This document shows, piece after piece, positions 63,923 to 64,000 of a stretch of 64,000 nucleotides of DNA. The notes beneath the pieces were generated by a model, which did not search any database, was not told where the DNA came from, and saw only the letters and a list, made by a program, of their open reading frames with translations. Each line of letters starts with the position of its first letter. The first letter of the stretch is position 1. The position numbers were made by a program, and so were the translations under genes. Source of the stretch: Mayamaea pseudoterrestris (taxonomy: Eukaryota); assembly GCA_027923505.1 (NCBI GenBank), contig BROI01000032.1, positions 186,001-250,000 on the forward strand. The letters are read 5' to 3'.

Positions 63923-64000
63923 GTACGTAATATGACATTGTTGTATTTCTTTGCTGATTGGCATTTTGATTTTTGAAACTACTTATTAACACTTCACTGT

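Overview
Compact eukaryotic nuclear DNA (roughly balanced GC, short GT-AG introns, tight head-to-head and tail-to-tail gene packing), most likely from a pennate diatom. The assignment rests on bipartite signal-peptide plus ASAF-like plastid presequences, two HSF genes, a diatom-like beta-tubulin and several diatom-like orphan families. About 34 protein genes were reconstructed by hand with splice sites, including CtpA, an SLC38 transporter, TBCD next to beta-tubulin, a CDF metal transporter, a tesmin/CXC protein, CDC48, GPDH, ABHD17, RPT1, DUS, MED8, a peroxisomal bifunctional enzyme, MTD1 and small respiratory subunits. No rRNA, tRNA, CRISPR array or intact transposon was recognised. Highlights: (1) a selenoprotein U-like gene fragmented by the ORF track, with an in-frame UGA in a C-G-U-x-x-C motif and a candidate non-canonical SECIS; (2) a ~983-aa orphan with 12 GRNPxDFD repeats whose four introns all interrupt the same codon of the repeat; (3) a duplicated ~110-130 bp upstream element shared by the SelU and MED8 genes; (4) GAF-TPR, double-clamp SGT and DEK-C/Cys-cluster/PIP architectures; (5) a mitochondrial-carrier-family protein with an apparent plastid plus twin-arginine presequence. 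All family calls come from motif recognition by eye, with no database searches.
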